Source: a virus (Duplodnaviria; Heunggongvirae; Uroviricota; Caudoviricetes). Taken from it: 64,000 nt of DNA. Of this stretch, positions 16,051-25,669 are shown in pieces; within the stretch, counting starts at the first letter, position 1; every line of letters begins with the position of its first letter. Below the pieces are notes generated by a model. The model was not told the origin of the DNA and made no database searches. It saw nothing but the letters and a program-made list of their open reading frames with translations. A program made the position numbers and the translations under genes. Location: the IMG/VR virus record IMGVR_UViG_3300023184_000076, positions 1 through 64,000 of that record. One strand, 5' to 3'.

Positions 16051-18237
16051 TTAGAATAATTTATCCGTTACAGGTACAGGTTGTGTATTAACCACAGGTT
16101 CCTCTTTTGGTACAGGAGTTCCACCTGTAAGTGCCAACATAACTTCATTACGTATTTCTTGATTCCATTTACAATTAACCGTCATACTTAATCCTTTGGT
16201 ATTATTTAAATATTGTTTAATTTGTCTTAATGTATTACAAGTTTCTTGATTACGTAATTTTCTTTTTCTTTGAGCTTCCGTATCTACAGTAGTACTTACA
16301 CCATTACCATTTCCTGTTGGGAGTCTTTTTCCGGTACCTCTTTCTGTTTCACCACCTTCAGTTTCATTATCACTACCCATACTAGGAGTTTCTTTCGTCT
16401 CACCCTCAGCATTACGACCAAATAAAACTTTAGCGGTTACACCACCAACATGATCAATTTTATAATCGTCAGCCTTTAATGTGGTATTTCCTACCCCTAA
16501 ATCTAAAACAACTGTTTGACGATCATCACTTACACTTTTAATTTTATAATATTGTTTATCAAATATTCCACCCTCATTACCACCTTTTCTAGCTTTTATA
16601 TAAATCCAATCTCCCACACCATAATTAGTTTTATCCCCCGAATAAACTTTTCTTGAATCCTTACCTTTTAATTTTTTAATCTGATCAAAAGTTACCTGAT
16701 CAACAACCCCATCAGTTCTTAATGGTGGACTAACCGTATCTTTATATTTTTCTTGAAATGCTTTTACCGCAATTTCAGTATCAGTACCAAATCCCCCATC
16801 ATCTTTTAAATTTAACTTTTGTTGTACTAATTTAACATCATCACCTTTAGATTTTTTTGCAATAGATAATTCAAAAGCCGGTGGTGTTATTGCCATTATT
16901 GCATTATAAGTGGCATCATCAACAACACCATCAGTTCTTAATGGTGGAGTAAGTTTAGCCCCTTCAGTTTTTTGGAAATTAATTACCTTCTCTAATACCT
17001 GTGGACCAAAAGTAGGATTTTTTTCCGCAGGTAATTCTAATTTACTCATTATATTACCTACTTCCACACCTCTCTGTGGTTTGGATTTATCATACTTTAA
17101 TTCAATCTCAGTTAATAAATTATATCTAAAACCTTTATGTCTATAACTTTCCTGTACAAATGGATTTTCAAGGTCAGGGTCTGTTGTTAACGCAATAAAG
17201 TTATCACTTACTATAACATCATTATATTTCCAAGTATCGGTTTTAGATAATGCATATTGAAAATTAACATCAGTTGCGGGATCAATTGGAAATGGGGTGT
17301 TGGTTGTATCATCGTTTCTTACTTTAATAGCTTGAATGGTTTGATTGTCATTTCTTACTATATAACCATATGAAAATTTATTAATAGTAGGATCATCAGT
17401 CACTAACATATGAACAATACCGTTACCTATTGTGGTTTTTATTTGTCTTTGTTCCCCTAAAGCTGGATGACTAGTTAACCATGTTTCTGTTTGTCCTGCC
17501 CCACCAATTTTTGCAGTAGTTGCTGCATCATCCGCAGCCTTTTTTGCCTCATCATCTTTCTTCTTTTGTGCGGCATCCAAAGTTGCTTTATATTTTTCCT
17601 CAAGTTGTTTTTTCCATGTCTCATAAAACTCATCACTCACCGCAATTGAATTTTCAAATAAACCATCAGTTATTGCATAATCTTCAGCTCTATCTCCTTC
17701 ATCATCATTTTCAATACCATAATCACCACCACCCCAACTATCACTAGTCCCAGGTATACCTAAACCATAATCACCACCACCATATGTTTTAAATTTTTTA
17801 TTTGCCACACAAAAAGTAGGAAAATCAGCTAAATCTTTAAGTTTTGAGGTAATAGTTGCATGACTCATCGCATAGTCTGTTAATTGTGCAAAAAGTGGTG
17901 TAGTGACATTAGTTAGAGCAGTTCCACTTTTCGTTGGTTTACCCATAGCGTTTGCCATATAAGTTTGTGAGCACCACCTATTAATCAGGTCTTTTCCTGA
18001 TAAATTCTTTGCATCCTCTTTTGCCTGATCTAAGAATTCAAAACAAATTCCACCTTCGGGGCATTTTTCGTATGTCATATTATTCACGGAAGTTCCTTTG
18101 GGAACAGTACCGTGTTTAACACTAGTTTTTATACTATATGGTTCAACTTCTTGTAAGTCCTCATTTAACAAACCATAACTTTCATTTAGACTTTGTCTAA
18201 CAATATTTTTTATAAAACTATTTGTAATTTTTTTCAT
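16051..18237 (-). CDS. large protein with two peptidoglycan-binding (PG_binding_1-like) repeats; putative virion-associated cell-wall binding/lytic protein
   Basis: PPLRTDGVVDDATYNAIMAI and PPLRTDGVVDQVTFDQIKKL repeats. Confidence 0.5.
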   Translation of the reverse strand: MKKITNSFIKNIVRQSLNESYGLLNEDLQEVEPYSIKTSVKHGTVPKGTSVNNMTYEKCPEGGICFEFLDQAKEDAKNLSGKDLINRWCSQTYMANAMGKPTKSGTALTNVTTPLFAQLTDYAMSHATITSKLKDLADFPTFCVANKKFKTYGGGDYGLGIPGTSDSWGGGDYGIENDDEGDRAEDYAITDGLFENSIAVSDEFYETWKKQLEEKYKATLDAAQKKKDDEAKKAADDAATTAKIGGAGQTETWLTSHPALGEQRQIKTTIGNGIVHMLVTDDPTINKFSYGYIVRNDNQTIQAIKVRNDDTTNTPFPIDPATDVNFQYALSKTDTWKYNDVIVSDNFIALTTDPDLENPFVQESYRHKGFRYNLLTEIELKYDKSKPQRGVEVGNIMSKLELPAEKNPTFGPQVLEKVINFQKTEGAKLTPPLRTDGVVDDATYNAIMAITPPAFELSIAKKSKGDDVKLVQQKLNLKDDGGFGTDTEIAVKAFQEKYKDTVSPPLRTDGVVDQVTFDQIKKLKGKDSRKVYSGDKTNYGVGDWIYIKARKGGNEGGIFDKQYYKIKSVSDDRQTVVLDLGVGNTTLKADDYKIDHVGGVTAKVLFGRNAEGETKETPSMGSDNETEGGETERGTGKRLPTGNGNGVSTTVDTEAQRKRKLRNQETCNTLRQIKQYLNNTKGLSMTVNCKWNQEIRNEVMLALTGGTPVPKEEPVVNTQPVPVTDKLF

Positions 18238-18240
18238 ATC

Positions 18241-18453
18241 TTATCCCATTAAAGCATTTTTTATGGCCTTAAGTGTTAAAGGTCCTATTTTACCGTCAGG
18301 ATCTAACCCCGCACTTTTATTTGAATTTAACCAATTCTGTATATCCGAAGTGGTATAATCTTGAGTCTGTTCAACCAACACATTAGTTTTAACACCATGT
18401 TTGTTTAAAATGTCTCTGATCTCACTTTCCGTTAATTTTAGTTTAGGTAACAT
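18241..18453 (-). CDS. small PG-binding-domain protein
   Basis: LDPDGKIGPLTLKAIKNAL. Confidence 0.5.
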   Translation of the reverse strand: MLPKLKLTESEIRDILNKHGVKTNVLVEQTQDYTTSDIQNWLNSNKSAGLDPDGKIGPLTLKAIKNALMG

Positions 18454-18519
18454 AAATATTGCTTCTTAAATTTATTTATTATATAAATATAACCATATAA
18501 TAAAAAATAAATAAAAAAA

Positions 18520-18535
18520 GGGAACCGAAGTTCCC
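18520..18535. terminator. hairpin GGGAACcgaaGTTCCC with A/T runs; two further hairpins at ~18552-18590
   Basis: 3' of 18598..18873. Confidence 0.5.
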
Positions 18536-18597
18536 ATTTTAGGCCCGACATGGATATGTCTGACTCCACCACCTTGTTTTTCTAAACAAGGAAACAA

Positions 18598-18873
18598 TTA
18601 TTTTGTTACCAACGCCTCAATCTTACTTTTAACTTGTTCAGTCAAAGAAACCTCTTTAACATTTGTAACGATAACAGAATCTTTCAATACTTTAATTGGA
18701 ATGTGGACCAAGAATGTATCCCCGTTGAAGAAACTTAAATCCTCATTTAACACCAATGCTCCGTGCACCATCTTCAAAAAGATTTTGAACTGTGTCTGAT
18801 CCATGAATGTCTCGTTGATTAAATCCCCGAACTTATCATTTACTACTTTTATGTTGAAACCCGTCTTATTCAT
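18598..18873 (-). CDS. hypothetical protein (91 aa)
   Basis: ORF followed by three consecutive hairpins. Confidence 0.5.
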   Translation of the reverse strand: MNKTGFNIKVVNDKFGDLINETFMDQTQFKIFLKMVHGALVLNEDLSFFNGDTFLVHIPIKVLKDSVIVTNVKEVSLTEQVKSKIEALVTK

Positions 18874-18890
18874 ATAACAAAGATACTAAA

Positions 18891-19247
18891 TTATTTCTCA
18901 ATAACAAATTTTCTACCCACTTTTTTTAATGTACCAACAAAATCATTTTTGGGATCAATACCTGACCAAAAACCAGATCCATCAGACCAAACACCACGTT
19001 TATTGTTTTTAAAAACAGTTTCACCTTCAAATATAATATAATCAGGTTGATCGTTTTCAGTCAAAGCATATGCTCTTGTCATTTCTCTACTCTCTGATGG
19101 TGAGTAATTACCCGACCAATCTTGTCTACATAGAAATGTCGCTTGTCCAACAATTACTTCTTGCCCATCAAGGGTTGCTTTCTTGTTGAATTTTTTCTTG
19201 AATGTGTTAATGTAAGTTCCCATAGTTATATAATTCTTTCTTTCCAA
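18891..19247 (-). CDS. hypothetical protein (118 aa)
   Basis: ORF. Confidence 0.5.
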   Translation of the reverse strand: MERKNYITMGTYINTFKKKFNKKATLDGQEVIVGQATFLCRQDWSGNYSPSESREMTRAYALTENDQPDYIIFEGETVFKNNKRGVWSDGSGFWSGIDPKNDFVGTLKKVGRKFVIEK

Positions 19248-19417
19248 ATACGATTTAATTCATCTTCTTCAATTCTCTGACTAAGATCGGAGAACATATT
19301 TGTTAACACCTTTACAAAACGAATTCTTTGACTCGCCAACTCAGGATTAAAATCCATCTCAATAAGTGAATCACTTAGGTGGCTATTTACTACAATGTAT
19401 AAAGGAATCGATCTCAT
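19226..19417 (-). CDS. hypothetical protein; start moved to MRSIPLY
   Basis: Promoter motif and upstream-gene terminator hairpin lie within the longer track ORF. Confidence 0.4.
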   Translation of the reverse strand: MRSIPLYIVVNSHLSDSLIEMDFNPELASQRIRFVKVLTNMFSDLSQRIEEDELNRIWKERII

Positions 19418-19433
19418 ATATTTCTTATTTCTA

Positions 19434-19441
19434 CAAATATA
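19434..19441 (-). promoter_or_regulatory. TATATTTG motif upstream of 19226..19417
   Basis: Preceded by hairpin 19467-19499. Confidence 0.4.
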
Positions 19442-19602
19442 CAAATAAAATTGACACGGCATAAAAAATCCCATACTTTTTTCTCAAAAAACATGGGATT
19501 TAGTATTGATAAACCAATTAATTCGTAGAAAGGAAGGGTATTGGTTGTTTTTGTGTATTATAAATACAACTTAAATAACAAAAAATCAAAAAATTTTTGT
19601 GT

Positions 19603-20013
19603 TTAAGATAATATTTTTGTTAAAATTTTAAATAATTCATCATTTTTATCCACAGGTAAGTCATCTATTGTAAAAAAACCACAATCTGAATGTTCATGAC
19701 CATCTTGAGCTTTATTTAAATTTGGCATCTTTTTTACGTCAGATTCGTATAAATAAACATAAATCAAACCTTTTTGTTCACCTTCTTCATCTTTCTTAGT
19801 GATAAATCCAACTAAACTTATTTCATCTTCTATTTTAATATTTGTCTCTTCGTAAAATTCACGATAAGCACAATCTCTTGGTGTTTCATTTGCTTCCAAA
19901 TGCCCTGTTGGGATAAACCATTTGCCTGCATAAGTTTCGTGATCCGCTCGTTTACATAACAAGACTTTATCTCCATATTTTAATATTATGCCCGAACTTC
20001 TATCTGATTTCAT
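19603..20013 (-). CDS. Nudix hydrolase
   Basis: Nudix box GHLEANETPRDCAYREFYEETNI (Gx5Ex7REUxEExGU). Confidence 0.75.
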   Translation of the reverse strand: MKSDRSSGIILKYGDKVLLCKRADHETYAGKWFIPTGHLEANETPRDCAYREFYEETNIKIEDEISLVGFITKKDEEGEQKGLIYVYLYESDVKKMPNLNKAQDGHEHSDCGFFTIDDLPVDKNDELFKILTKILS

Positions 20014-20036
20014 TATAAGAATATATTTATAAGTAT

Positions 20037-20384
20037 ATGGAGTTAATTGTAAATAATAATTTATTCAATGTCAAATGTGTGATCACCAGTAAAGACATAC
20101 AAAAAGGTATGATGGGTAAAAAATTTGACAAAAGTTTTGATGGTATGTTATTCATAATGAAAGATAGTAATCATTCTTTTTGGATGAAGAATTGTATTAT
20201 ACCTTTGGACATAATTTTTATTAAAAATAATAAAATAACAAAAATACATAATAACTGTAAACCATGTAAAAAACCTGAGTGTGATCGTTATACCGGTAAT
20301 GGTGATATGATATTAGAACTCAAAGGTGGTGCCTGTATTAAATATGATATTACAGAAGGTGATACCATTATATTACAAGATTAA
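20037..20384 (+). CDS. DUF192-family protein
   Basis: GMLFIM ... IPLDIIFI motifs characteristic of DUF192/COG1430. Confidence 0.5.
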   Translation: MELIVNNNLFNVKCVITSKDIQKGMMGKKFDKSFDGMLFIMKDSNHSFWMKNCIIPLDIIFIKNNKITKIHNNCKPCKKPECDRYTGNGDMILELKGGACIKYDITEGDTIILQD

Positions 20385-20402
20385 TCTTTTATTTTTTTAA
20401 TA

Positions 20403-21959
20403 TTATCTATTATTTGATCTGAATCTCATTTGATTTGATTTTACTGCCGACTTTGGGAATCTTAATCCTTGTCCTTGTTTTCTAGCGTTTCCTAATGATC
20501 TTGCGTGTTCCGTCATTTCAACCTCAAAATTTGGTTCATATCTATCACCACCATCTTCATCAATTTTTGCTTTTAAAACTCTAACAAACTCATTCTGTAC
20601 CATCTTAGTAAATTTAACATAAGGAGAATCATCTGACTCTTCGTTATATTTGTACTTACCTTCAGGTGGTCTTTTAGATCTCCCTAAGTATGATAACCCA
20701 GAAATATTTGTAATACATTTGTGTCCACCACTATTGGATTGAATTAAATCCCAAGCGTTTACACTAATTGAATCTAACATTCTCATTTCTTTATCTGTTA
20801 AACTACTAAATGGTTTTCTCATTGCCGTTTCAACATCATCAAGAATATCTTCCCCATCAGCCATTTGTTTAAATTCTTTACCATATAAAGCGTTAAAATC
20901 TCTGAATGTAAAACCAACAGATTGTTCACCAAAACCTTTTCCTGATTCTGATATCCATTTTATTGTGGATAAAGGAATATCCTTATCTTGTAATTGCGAT
21001 TTCCACTTGTTTAAGACCTCATCTTTGATATCACCCAAGTTTACACCTTTAAGTGCTCTTTCTTTCTTAAATGGATTACAAGACGCTTGTACTAACCCTA
21101 ATGGCCAAGCAATTACTATGAAGTCAGCATCAGGATTATTTCTGAATGGTGTGTATCTATCGTAGGATCCAGGTTTCATCATACTACCTCCACCATACTG
21201 AACTATAATTTTATCATCAACCTTAACATTCTTATGGGTTTTCATTGTTTGAACATAATTCTCTTTGTTTTTTTCCAAAGATTCTACATCAGCATAATTT
21301 TTTTCTTTGATCTGAGATCTAATGTTCAATAAAATACTTAATAAAGATGGGTTCGCATTCATTACAATATTTTCCAAGAATCCTGGTTTGTTTTTGAACG
21401 CTAGCAATAATTTATTTGCAACCATACCCATTACCATTTTGTTTCTTTGTAATGATTTATCTTTATCTACTTTAAACAAATAGTTCATTACTTCTTCAGG
21501 ACTAATGTCATGTTGTGCATAATTTGCCGAGTCAACCGTAGATATCAAAGTAATATCATCAGAAGGGAAAATATCTCTTGGAGATACTGTTTGGGAAATT
21601 GTTTCAACGTTAGATCTTGAAGATTTAAAATTAGTTGAGGTACCTTGTTCAACACCCGCTTGTGTGTCATGGTGATCCGTATGTATTATGAACATTGGTT
21701 TTCCATGAGCAAAGTCAACCAACACCGGCATTACATCACCTTCAGCGTCTAATTTTTTAATAGCAAATTCTTTATCACCATACTGAATGATTTCAGAATC
21801 AACCACTTTAATTCCGTTTTGCTCTAAGTAATTTTTCATACCTAACGCAGTGGTTACACCGTCTAAATCTTGGTGAAAGTATATTTTTGCTTCAGGGTAT
21901 CTTTTAGATAATTCTCTGATGTTTCTTATTCCCGATTCTGTTATTAACTTTTTCTTCAT
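20403..21959 (-). CDS. DHH-family phosphoesterase (nanoRNase/RecJ-like catalytic core)
   Basis: FHQDLDGVTTA (DxD) and HTDHHDT (DHH) motifs. Confidence 0.6.
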   Translation of the reverse strand: MKKKLITESGIRNIRELSKRYPEAKIYFHQDLDGVTTALGMKNYLEQNGIKVVDSEIIQYGDKEFAIKKLDAEGDVMPVLVDFAHGKPMFIIHTDHHDTQAGVEQGTSTNFKSSRSNVETISQTVSPRDIFPSDDITLISTVDSANYAQHDISPEEVMNYLFKVDKDKSLQRNKMVMGMVANKLLLAFKNKPGFLENIVMNANPSLLSILLNIRSQIKEKNYADVESLEKNKENYVQTMKTHKNVKVDDKIIVQYGGGSMMKPGSYDRYTPFRNNPDADFIVIAWPLGLVQASCNPFKKERALKGVNLGDIKDEVLNKWKSQLQDKDIPLSTIKWISESGKGFGEQSVGFTFRDFNALYGKEFKQMADGEDILDDVETAMRKPFSSLTDKEMRMLDSISVNAWDLIQSNSGGHKCITNISGLSYLGRSKRPPEGKYKYNEESDDSPYVKFTKMVQNEFVRVLKAKIDEDGGDRYEPNFEVEMTEHARSLGNARKQGQGLRFPKSAVKSNQMRFRSNNR

Positions 21960-22043
21960 AGTTATAAATAGTTTTCAACAAAAAAAAGTTTGAGATTCCG
22001 ATGTTTTTATGTAAATTTACTTAAATCAATTAAATTTTATATT

Positions 22044-22361
22044 ATGAAGGAGAAAATCACAAATTTTTTAGAAAAAAGAAAATCAACATTTAAGTCTATG
22101 GGTGTTGTAATTTTTGTTGCGGCGTCACTATTAGGTGGGTTCTCAATGGGTTATCTTTATAACCAACAATATGGACCAAAGAAACCTACCATTGAAATGG
22201 TTAAGGTTAACAGGTCACAGGTTAATTTGGCAATAGATGAACATAATCATCTGATCGTGATCGACAAAACCACAGGTGACTACACGGTTTACCAAGATTC
22301 AATTGGTATGTCAATCTTTAAACTTTACGCTAAGAACATTTATATTGACCAAACAAAATAA
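22044..22361 (+). CDS. membrane-anchored hypothetical protein; start at MKEKITNF
   Basis: TM helix VVIFVAASLLGGFSMGYL. Confidence 0.45.
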   Translation: MKEKITNFLEKRKSTFKSMGVVIFVAASLLGGFSMGYLYNQQYGPKKPTIEMVKVNRSQVNLAIDEHNHLIVIDKTTGDYTVYQDSIGMSIFKLYAKNIYIDQTK

Positions 22362-22367
22362 GAAACT

Positions 22368-22919
22368 ATGAATATCCTCAAATTAACAAAAATAACTTAT
22401 CTTGGTTTATGTGTTGGGGTATTTGTTTTTTTTGGTTCCATGTCCAATGTTAAAACTTCGGATGATTCTGTTTTTACAGACTTAAATGATTACTCAACTA
22501 TTCAATCCCCTACATCAATGAGAATGTATGAACTAATTGAAAAATATAGTACTGAGTATAACATACCAAGATACATCGCCTATAACGTGGCATACATGGA
22601 GACAAGATACTTGGGTCCCTTCCATTGGAACTATAACCCTTATCAAGAATCTTTTGCAGGTGCGGTTGGTCCGATGCAAATTATGCCCTCAACATCTGAT
22701 TATATTAATAAAGTTAATTACGGGAAAAAAAGATTAACTAATGATATTAGATTGAATGTTGAAACAAGTATGAAATTACTTAATAGATTATATTCAAGGT
22801 ATAAAGATTGGGCAGTTGTTTGTGGATGTTACAACACAGGAAGACCCTTAATTAATGATTACGCAAGATACTGTTCGAGTAATTACAATTTTAAAAATAA
22901 GTGGGTTAGTATTAATTAA
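22368..22919 (+). CDS. lytic transglycosylase (SLT domain) with N-terminal signal/TM
   Basis: AYMETRY...AGAVGPMQIMPST matches SLT catalytic E-S / GxMQ motifs. Confidence 0.6.
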   Translation: MNILKLTKITYLGLCVGVFVFFGSMSNVKTSDDSVFTDLNDYSTIQSPTSMRMYELIEKYSTEYNIPRYIAYNVAYMETRYLGPFHWNYNPYQESFAGAVGPMQIMPSTSDYINKVNYGKKRLTNDIRLNVETSMKLLNRLYSRYKDWAVVCGCYNTGRPLINDYARYCSSNYNFKNKWVSIN

Positions 22920-22995
22920 AATTCACAAATAGTGTGATCCCCAACCATATTGTCGTATTCATCTTCCATCGTAATAAATACTAAGTAAAAAGGAA

Positions 22996-23021
22996 AACTC
23001 CCACTGATTATAGTGGGAGTT
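22996..23021. terminator. perfect 10-bp hairpin AACTCCCACTgattatAGTGGGAGTT, bidirectional
   Basis: Between convergent SLT and MTase genes. Confidence 0.6.
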
Positions 23022-23856
23022 CTTTTATTTGTTCTAATGCCTTGAAGTAATTAATTCTTGTCTCGGCTATTTGTTTGTAATTTTCACTTAACTCAATCCC
23101 TAACCATCTACGTTCCAATATCTGTGCTGCAACTAATGTTGTTCCTGAACCAGCAAATGGGTCCAATATTACATCGTTTTTGTAGGATAGTATCTTAATC
23201 GCTTTGGTGGGTATGTCCATTGAGAAAGTCGCCTTGGTGAGTGATTTAGTATCTGCAAAGTAATTCCACTGACCAAACACAAGTTCCATAAACTCTTTCT
23301 TATCCGTCTCCTCATATACAATTTTTTTCTTTAATGACCCATCTTCCTGTTCAATTTCAGTTGGTGTCCCTTTCCACTGAGGTTCTCCTTTAACCTTTTT
23401 AATGTGGTGTTTTTTGTATGCCAATATCACACACTCCTTTGGATTATATATATACGGACTTGATGGGCTCATCCAAGATCCCCACGCAGTAGTTTTACTT
23501 CTATGTGGCGACTGTTCTTCAAGATCAACGATACCAAAGAACCCAAATCCAATTTCTTTCATTATCTGATACATCTCAGAAACGAAGAAGATTCGACCAC
23601 CTTTTTTCTGACGATTGATTTCATACGGAATATTCAAGGCAATTCTTCCATCATCTTTTAGTACGTTGTAAGCCTCGGTTAACCAATTTTTTGCAAATAC
23701 CAAATACTCATCAAATTCAACATCGTCGTCGTGTACATCATAAGCAATACCAACACCATATGGTGGTGATGTACAAATTAAGTCCACAGATCCCTCAGGT
23801 AATGTTTTCATTACCTCAATACAATCCCCATTTATTATTTTTCCTGTTTCTATCAT
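23008..23856 (-). CDS. DNA N6-adenine/N4-cytosine methyltransferase (beta class, orphan)
   Basis: Motif IV DLICTSPPY near N-terminus, motif I LDPFAGSGTT near C-terminus. Confidence 0.8.
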   Translation of the reverse strand: MIETGKIINGDCIEVMKTLPEGSVDLICTSPPYGVGIAYDVHDDDVEFDEYLVFAKNWLTEAYNVLKDDGRIALNIPYEINRQKKGGRIFFVSEMYQIMKEIGFGFFGIVDLEEQSPHRSKTTAWGSWMSPSSPYIYNPKECVILAYKKHHIKKVKGEPQWKGTPTEIEQEDGSLKKKIVYEETDKKEFMELVFGQWNYFADTKSLTKATFSMDIPTKAIKILSYKNDVILDPFAGSGTTLVAAQILERRWLGIELSENYKQIAETRINYFKALEQIKELPL

Positions 23857-23866
23857 TTCTTTTTTT

Positions 23867-24058
23867 TTAATTTAGTAATGAATTATCTAATTGTATATCT
23901 AAACCAAACAACGATTTTTCAATAACTTCACTTATTGTTAAAGTTGGATCATCTTTCATAATATTTAAACAAACAAGTAATAATTCGTTTGTCCTATTAG
24001 TTTGATTCGTAAATTTAATTACATAATCGACATATTTTAAATCATCAATATATTTCAT
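23867..24058 (-). CDS. hypothetical protein (63 aa)
   Basis: ORF. Confidence 0.4.
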   Translation of the reverse strand: MKYIDDLKYVDYVIKFTNQTNRTNELLLVCLNIMKDDPTLTISEVIEKSLFGLDIQLDNSLLN

Positions 24059-24069
24059 AATTAATTTTT

Positions 24070-24276
24070 TTATTTAATACTTTCTAAAAAATCCCACACA
24101 TTATTTGAAAACTCTTCAAAAAGGTCCCCATCCTCATCATCCGATAAGTCAACAATATTTTCATCAACACAAAAATCAACAATTATTTCATGTACTTCAC
24201 CAAGTGTTTGTTCATCATTTTTTAATCCTTCATATAGATTAAGGATCTGATTTTTTTGTTCTTCCGTTAATTCCAT
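24070..24276 (-). CDS. hypothetical acidic protein (68 aa)
   Basis: ORF. Confidence 0.4.
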   Translation of the reverse strand: MELTEEQKNQILNLYEGLKNDEQTLGEVHEIIVDFCVDENIVDLSDDEDGDLFEEFSNNVWDFLESIK

Positions 24277-24278
24277 CT

Positions 24279-24551
24279 TTATTTATTTTTTAATGTTTCT
24301 ATGTGATGTTCTAAATACCATAACGCTTTTTTAAGGTCCTGTAATTCTTTATCCGAATCTTTCTTACCCGCCCTTGATATATACTTTACCGTATTTCCTA
24401 ATGAGAATCCTAATTCCCAAGCATCAATTACTTTGATTGCCTCATAAGGGTTATCTTCTCCTCCGTAATGTTGGGGGTGATTAACTTGTTCTATTTTTGG
24501 TGGGGGGCACATACAAAGTACGTTAGCTCCACATACACATTCTTTTTCCAT
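24279..24551 (-). CDS. DUF3310-family phage protein
   Basis: PQHYGGEDNPYEAIKVIDAW ... GNTVKYISRAGKK ... DLKKALWYLE. Confidence 0.65.
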   Translation of the reverse strand: MEKECVCGANVLCMCPPPKIEQVNHPQHYGGEDNPYEAIKVIDAWELGFSLGNTVKYISRAGKKDSDKELQDLKKALWYLEHHIETLKNK

Positions 24552-25669
24552 TAGTCTTCTCTATATTCTTTTAATAATTCATCATTTGAAATGGTCCCAT
24601 ATTTCTCATTAAGACCTTCCATATCAACATCCTTATTCATCATTATTTTAACATCGTAGATTTGATCGGTAGTTATTAAAGATATGTCAATTTCTTTAAT
24701 AATTTTGTATGGGTCAGCATTTGATCCAGGTCTTCTATCCTCAACATAACCTTTCCAATTTTTTGCGGTATCTCTTGGAATTCGAATTGATGCCCCACGA
24801 TCTGAAACCCCCCAACTAAATTTATCAATTGATTGTGTTTCAAATTTACCAGTTAAACGGAGATTGTTATCTGACCCGTAAGCTTTTATATGTGCTTCAT
24901 GTCTTACCTCAAACGCATTAAACAATGATATAAAATATTTTTCGTTACCATCATTTCTCATTTTATCTGTTGAGAAGTTCGTATGAAGTCCAGACCCGTT
25001 CCATTCCCCTTTTTGAATTGGTTTTGGATGTAGAATAATCCTATAATTATATTTTTCAGAAATTTTAAACAAAAAGTACCTAGTCATCCACAAATCATCA
25101 CCCGCTTTTAATTTACCTTTTGTAAACACTTGGTATTCCCATTGACCTAACGCAACCTCAGCGTTAATCCCTGTAATGTCAATTCCATATTTTAAACACA
25201 TATCCATATGTTCTTCAACAAAATCTCTTCCGGCAACATATTCTCCAACACCACAATAATATTTACCTTGTGGTTCCAAGTTATTTTCGTCGTGACCTAA
25301 AATACATTTGTTTTTTCTATCGTAGATAAAATATTCTTGTTCAAACCCAAACCACAAATCTTCTTGATCTCCAATTAGTTCTGATCTTGTATTAGTTTCG
25401 TGTGGAGTACCATCAGAATTCATTACTTCACACAACACGTAAATTGTATTTGTATGATCAGAAAAATAATGTCTAACAGGTTTTAAAATACAATCAGAAC
25501 TATTACCTTCCGCTTGTAATGTTGATGACCCATCAAAGTTCCATTCAGGAAAATTATTTAGAACTAAACAGTTTTTAATTTGTTCATAGTCCATAATTTT
25601 AACTTTACTTCTTAAATTTGGTTCAGGCGTATACCCATCAATCCACACATATTCTAACTTAACTTTCAT
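24551..25669 (-). CDS. glnA: glutamine synthetase, type II-like (372 aa)
   Basis: N-terminal signature FDGSSTLQAEGNSSDCIL and ATP-site signature KPIQKGEWNGSGLHTNFS both match the GS PROSITE patterns; EYVWIDG N-terminus. Confidence 0.85.
   Translation of the reverse strand: MKVKLEYVWIDGYTPEPNLRSKVKIMDYEQIKNCLVLNNFPEWNFDGSSTLQAEGNSSDCILKPVRHYFSDHTNTIYVLCEVMNSDGTPHETNTRSELIGDQEDLWFGFEQEYFIYDRKNKCILGHDENNLEPQGKYYCGVGEYVAGRDFVEEHMDMCLKYGIDITGINAEVALGQWEYQVFTKGKLKAGDDLWMTRYFLFKISEKYNYRIILHPKPIQKGEWNGSGLHTNFSTDKMRNDGNEKYFISLFNAFEVRHEAHIKAYGSDNNLRLTGKFETQSIDKFSWGVSDRGASIRIPRDTAKNWKGYVEDRRPGSNADPYKIIKEIDISLITTDQIYDVKIMMNKDVDMEGLNEKYGTISNDELLKEYRED

Noticed and set aside
18552-18590. Possible structured RNA formed by three consecutive hairpins 3' of 18598..18873
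   Set aside because: Most simply explained as tandem terminators in a 3' UTR; no promoter of its own
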